NCBI RefSeq assembly: GCF_009914755.1 | Contig: NC_060925.1 | From: the human T2T-CHM13v2.0 reference genome, Homo sapiens | Length of the DNA stretch: 64,000 bases | Direction: 5' to 3' (one strand) | Shown here: positions 59,395 through 64,000 of the stretch, in pieces | Layout of the letters: the number at the start of each line of letters is the position of its first letter | How positions within the stretch are numbered: the stretch's first letter is position 1 | Notes under the pieces: model-generated | The model's database searches: none | Seen by the model: the letters and a program-made list of their open reading frames with translations, nothing else | Told to the model about the DNA's origin: nothing | Position numbers and translations under genes: made by a program

Positions 59395-62383
59395 GGTACA
59401 TGCATTGCCTTGTCTGTTTCTGTTCTCTTTATTTAATCTCCTGAGTTACATCATGCTTACCAAATGCTTAAGATGTGCAGAGGACACAAAACAAAATAAA
59501 ATACCATCACTGATGCCAAAGAATTTACCAAATGTTGGTTAAATACATATAGTGAAATAAAACACCCTACGAACAAATGGATAACAATTCAATATGACAA
59601 TTGAAATGGCAGAGATTTCTATGAGGCAGTGGGCAGCAAGGGTTAAACCCATCTTTGGGATACAGTAAATAAAGTGTTTGGAAATCTTCCTGGATTTCTT
59701 TATAGAGGAAGAAATTTGACTCTGTTTTTAAAAGTTGAGTAGAAATTCACAAAGCAGAAAACTGAAGAAAATCCAATTATGGCAGAGAAATAACAGTTTT
59801 ATTCAGGGACAGTCAATCTATTTTATGTTTTTGGTATGTAAAATTTTAGTGTTTTTTTTTATTTTTCATAGTCTTTAAATATTATCTTCAGTTAATCTCT
59901 GCAAATTAGATGCCAGTATGATACTATTAAAAATGTGAATCACAGATGTGACCAGAAAAACTGTAGGTATAGGAAAATCTACACTAATAGTTTGGATAAA
60001 AATAGCCTACATTTCACAGATACATGCAAAACTTAATTCTCTTTTTCACCTTTAAAAAATATTAATATCATCTAAATGTTTCAAAAATGCCATTATCTAT
60101 AAAAGTTCTAAAAATATAAACAATTAGTAACATGTATTTCTATTTCCTACATCATTCCACAAATGATTTCAAGTGATTCTCAGTAACTCTCATAATCATG
60201 AGCAGTTTAGACCAAGCTTAATTTCAACATCTAATCTTTTTCTCCTTTTTACTCAATTGCTATTACACTTGTGCTTTAAGTTCATTTAAACAAAATTGTA
60301 TTCTTTATTTTTGTCAAGTTATCAATCAATTCTTTTACTTCCAGCCACTTAATATTGTCCTAATGATTCATAATTATAATTGATCTCCTTTTAGTACTCT
60401 CAGCTATCTCCCCAACTTATTCTATTACAGAACTGACCTATTGCACACCAACCATGGGATATTTTACTCTCTTCTATTTCAAGAAGAATATTGAGCAGTT
60501 CTGAGAATTAACCTGAAGTGCACAAACCAGTGCCAACAAAAATTTATTCTCTTCAATTCAAATTAACTCTCTGACCTTTTCTATACATGACTAATAGCAT
60601 AGAACAGGACCGTTTGATATCATATTATAGGTTATAAATAAGAGAATAAGATTTGGAGTCAGAAGTGCATGCAATAGAAGTTTATCTCTTTTAGTTATCA
60701 GTGGTATTATCTGGGGACCTCAGTCTTCACCTGAGAATTCGTAATAAAATAATATTAAAATGTAGATTAAATGAAATCCTGGATGTTGTTTATAACACCC
60801 AATCTCTATTAGATAATATTACTCATTAATATTTCCCACACTGGCTATTCTAAAATGTTTTCACTCTCCAAATGTAACTTATGCATTAATTCCATTTACT
60901 CTTGTCACATGAATATACATAATACTTCAATGAGAAAATAGAAAGCATCATTATAGAATTTCATGTCTGTTCTTTTCTTTTTGTATCTTATCTAGACTCA
61001 AGTTTACCTTTTCCATTTAAATGAATACATACACATGGTTTTCTCTGATTTATTCATTTGTTCTCGACATCTCATTGCTTAATTCATTTTTAGAGAACTG
61101 CTTCATTACATCTCCACTACTTTTTGGGGGGGATGTTGGTATTTCCATGTTTTTCAAACTTAAGTCTGTAAAATGTTTGAAATTTTTTAATTAAAAATAC
61201 TAGAAACCTTTCCAAGATAGCTCTTACTAGCTGTCATCCTTACCTAGCCTCTCCCTTAACACATTAGCTGCACAAATTATTTTTTCTTCATTTCTGTTTG
61301 CTCCTCCTCCAATACATTCTTCTGCTGCTAATTCTAATGAAATTTTAAATACCTTTTTTAAGGTTCCTGTCTTTACTTTCCATATACTAATTTGAACATC
61401 CTTTATTCTTCAGAGAAACCATAGATCCTCACTGAGAGCAGATTTATTCTTTTTTTTGGAAAGACACATGGTTAATTTTGACTATACCATTATTTACTCC
61501 AGTGTACATCAATAAAAGGCAATTTTTTAGGCACATAGTGGAAAAGGGGATTATTTTAAGTACTAGAATACCAGTGTCAGATAACTGAAACTATCAGACA
61601 TGAAAATCATTCCAATAATTAGTATTCTTTGTGATTTTTCTAAATAGCACGCAAAGCTTAAGTTTTGTTCTAGTCATACTAAAGATTGCAAACATATGTG
61701 ATGCACATTAGGAGAAAATCTTTGTTTTACTACTTCATGATTGAAGATTAATCACCAGTTATCTCTTACCATCCTTGAAATCACTGTGTTTTCTTTATGT
61801 TCTAGATAATAATTTAATTTCCGTTTTTATTGCTCACTCCTCTCTGAACTTTTTTTTTTCAAAAACTACTTCTCTACTCTTCAATGTCATTTCTAAAAAT
61901 TAGAAACAAATGCTGAATGTAAATCAACAAAGGAGACTTATAGTCTCAAACTCAATATGCATCAACTAAATTTATTTTTTTTCTTTACACCATGACACGT
62001 GTACATACTCAGGTCATTCCTGTCAAGTACCTTTTCACTTCAAATTTCCTGTCCTGATGGTGAAATTTTTTTACCTCTATTTGGGATATTGTGCTTTTGT
62101 TCTAACAAACTCTTAAAAAATTATCTAGCTGCACTTACAGGACTTCACCCTGGTGCCTCTTCCTGTGGGAGGATACTTCTTTCCACTCATTCATATTAAT
62201 CTAGCCCATGTTACTTTCTCTGGCAAATGAAATGGTATATACCAAATCTGACAGATTATGTAAGAACCATTGTATGACTCTGCTACATGTATTTATTCAT
62301 TTATTTATTCAATTATTTATTTTTACTGATTTGAGACTTCACAGTCCTTGTTGGAAACTACTTTTTCATCTGAGTCCTGAAGT

Positions 62384-62386
<3 letters not shown>

Positions 62387-62422
<36 letters not shown>
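62387..62422 (+). repeat. (AC)18 microsatellite
   Basis: Counted directly. Confidence 0.95.
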
Positions 62423-62424
<2 letters not shown>

Positions 62425-63301
62425 AACTGTGTTCTTAGAACATGACTGGCATGCAGTAACAGTTCTGTAATTATTTGTTTCCTTATTGACAAATCGTTTT
62501 GTTCTTCAATGTATAATTTTTATTACAGTGAATGCTACGACCACACACTCAGTTACCTAAACCTGAAATGTGGAAATTATCTTTCACCTCTCTGTTCTTT
62601 ACTTACCCTGTGCAGTTGATATTGTTATGAAGCGATGTCTATTAAGTACATGGATTCTGGAGGTAAAACATCCAGTTTCAAATAACATTCTTTCATTACC
62701 TGAATAACTTTGGAAAAGTTAAAATCCCAGTGCCTTGATACCCACATCAGTAAAATTATATGCAAATGTTTGCTATTGTCCATATTCACAATATCTAATG
62801 TTATTCTTATTTGTTCTTTTCTTTGCCATCATCAGTCTGTATTAGTTTAGATAGCTGTCATTTCTAATTTGAATATTGAATTTTTTTTTCAAAAACACCC
62901 CATTCCTTTTTAAGTTTTTTTCAATCCAATGCTTCACTACAATTAGAATAATACTCCCAAAACACAATACTGATTATTTTACATTTTCCTTGAAGCATCT
63001 CAGTAGAGATTCCAAAATCACTGTGTTTCAATGGCCTACATGAAGTTTTATCTGCTTGTTTGAAGAAGATTATTTCTCATTACATACTTTAATTGTAGCC
63101 AAATTTAGGGTAAGGCCAAAGGCAAACTCAGGACTTCTGAATCCAAAGCGAGTATTCTTCGCCAGTTTGCCTCAATTTGTTATAATATTTAATGTACCTA
63201 AAGAAAAGAATCTATACATTTTGTTTCTGAGATATTTAATGAAAACATGCTATTTAGTTGTAAACTTAACAAGTTTACCAATGAAGCAAAACCGCCAGTT
63301 G

Positions 63302-63705
63302 TGTGGCAAGAGTGAAGCCATTTTCAAGCAAAACTGCAATGAGGACTAGTTTGCTCCATACATACCAAGGTGTTCTAAAATAAGATCCTTAAATAATGCC
63401 AACAACATGGATAACCCCTCATAAAGATCCTTATCAAACCTTCCCAGTGATTACATATCTTGACAAGAAAATCTTAAGACATTCTGCTGCACATTTTACT
63501 CTAAAAGCTTGCTATATAAAGAATACTTTCTGGAGGGCTGGTGTGGGGATTCACGTTCTCATAGCTGCCCAAGTCATTGCTTCTGTTTGTAATTCCCCAG
63601 TAAATGTTTCGTTTTGAGAAACAATTTGTCAGTCTCTTTCTTTGGCCTCTTATTTCCCTCCCCACTTTTGAGGTAGGTTTGCATATACCTGCTCACTGTA
63701 GAACA
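63302..63705 (+). mobile_element. ERV1 solo LTR (~400 bp, LTR23-like; family uncertain)
   Basis: TG...CA ends (tgtggcaagagtgaagcca...cctgctcactgtagaaca); TATA-like gctatataaa at 63511-63520; gataacccctcataaagat motif. Confidence 0.6.
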
Positions 63706-64000
63706 ACCAACCAAGTATTTGTCTTTCGTCTCCTGCAACAAATTAAATAAATAATTATTATAAGTGATTTTTAATGATATATTTATTTAATATGGAATCA
63801 AATATTGTATAAGATTAAACTACAGTTTACCCTAAGACACTAAGACAAACATCATGTGATTACATATTTATGTTTTATGTTTGAGTTTAGAGATTATCTT
63901 TGGCTTTTATTTTCGTATTAGCCTAAAATGTGGCCGGTTTTCCTTTTCAAAACAATTCCATCTCTATCTTTCTAAAATTTGTTTCATTCAAATTAAATAG

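Overview
AT-rich, repeat-dense hominoid (human/great-ape) genomic DNA, either gene desert or deep intron. The SVA, AluY and L1PA2-type insertions support the hominoid assignment. No host protein-coding exon, RNA gene or CRISPR-type system is supported. The long ORFs are L1 ORF2 remnants or by-products of SVA, LTR and microsatellite sequence. The window is a layered record of retrotransposition. Strongest observations: (1) an SVA_B-like element carrying a ~165-bp 3' transduction of an MLT1A-type LTR that ends exactly at that LTR's poly(A) signal, sitting in the A-tail of an AluSc that itself splits an L1MA; (2) a 736-bp CpG-retaining retrocopy of an unidentified mRNA 3' end with a perfect 13-bp TSD; (3) a twin-primed, 5'-inverted L1PA with no visible TSD; (4) a near-full-length L1PB with an internal microsatellite-associated duplication; (5) an AT-rich multi-arm palindrome cluster and several small templated duplications. 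Repeat subfamily names come from recalled consensus features, not from an alignment, and old-element boundaries are approximate. I found no evidence for a new biological system beyond these.
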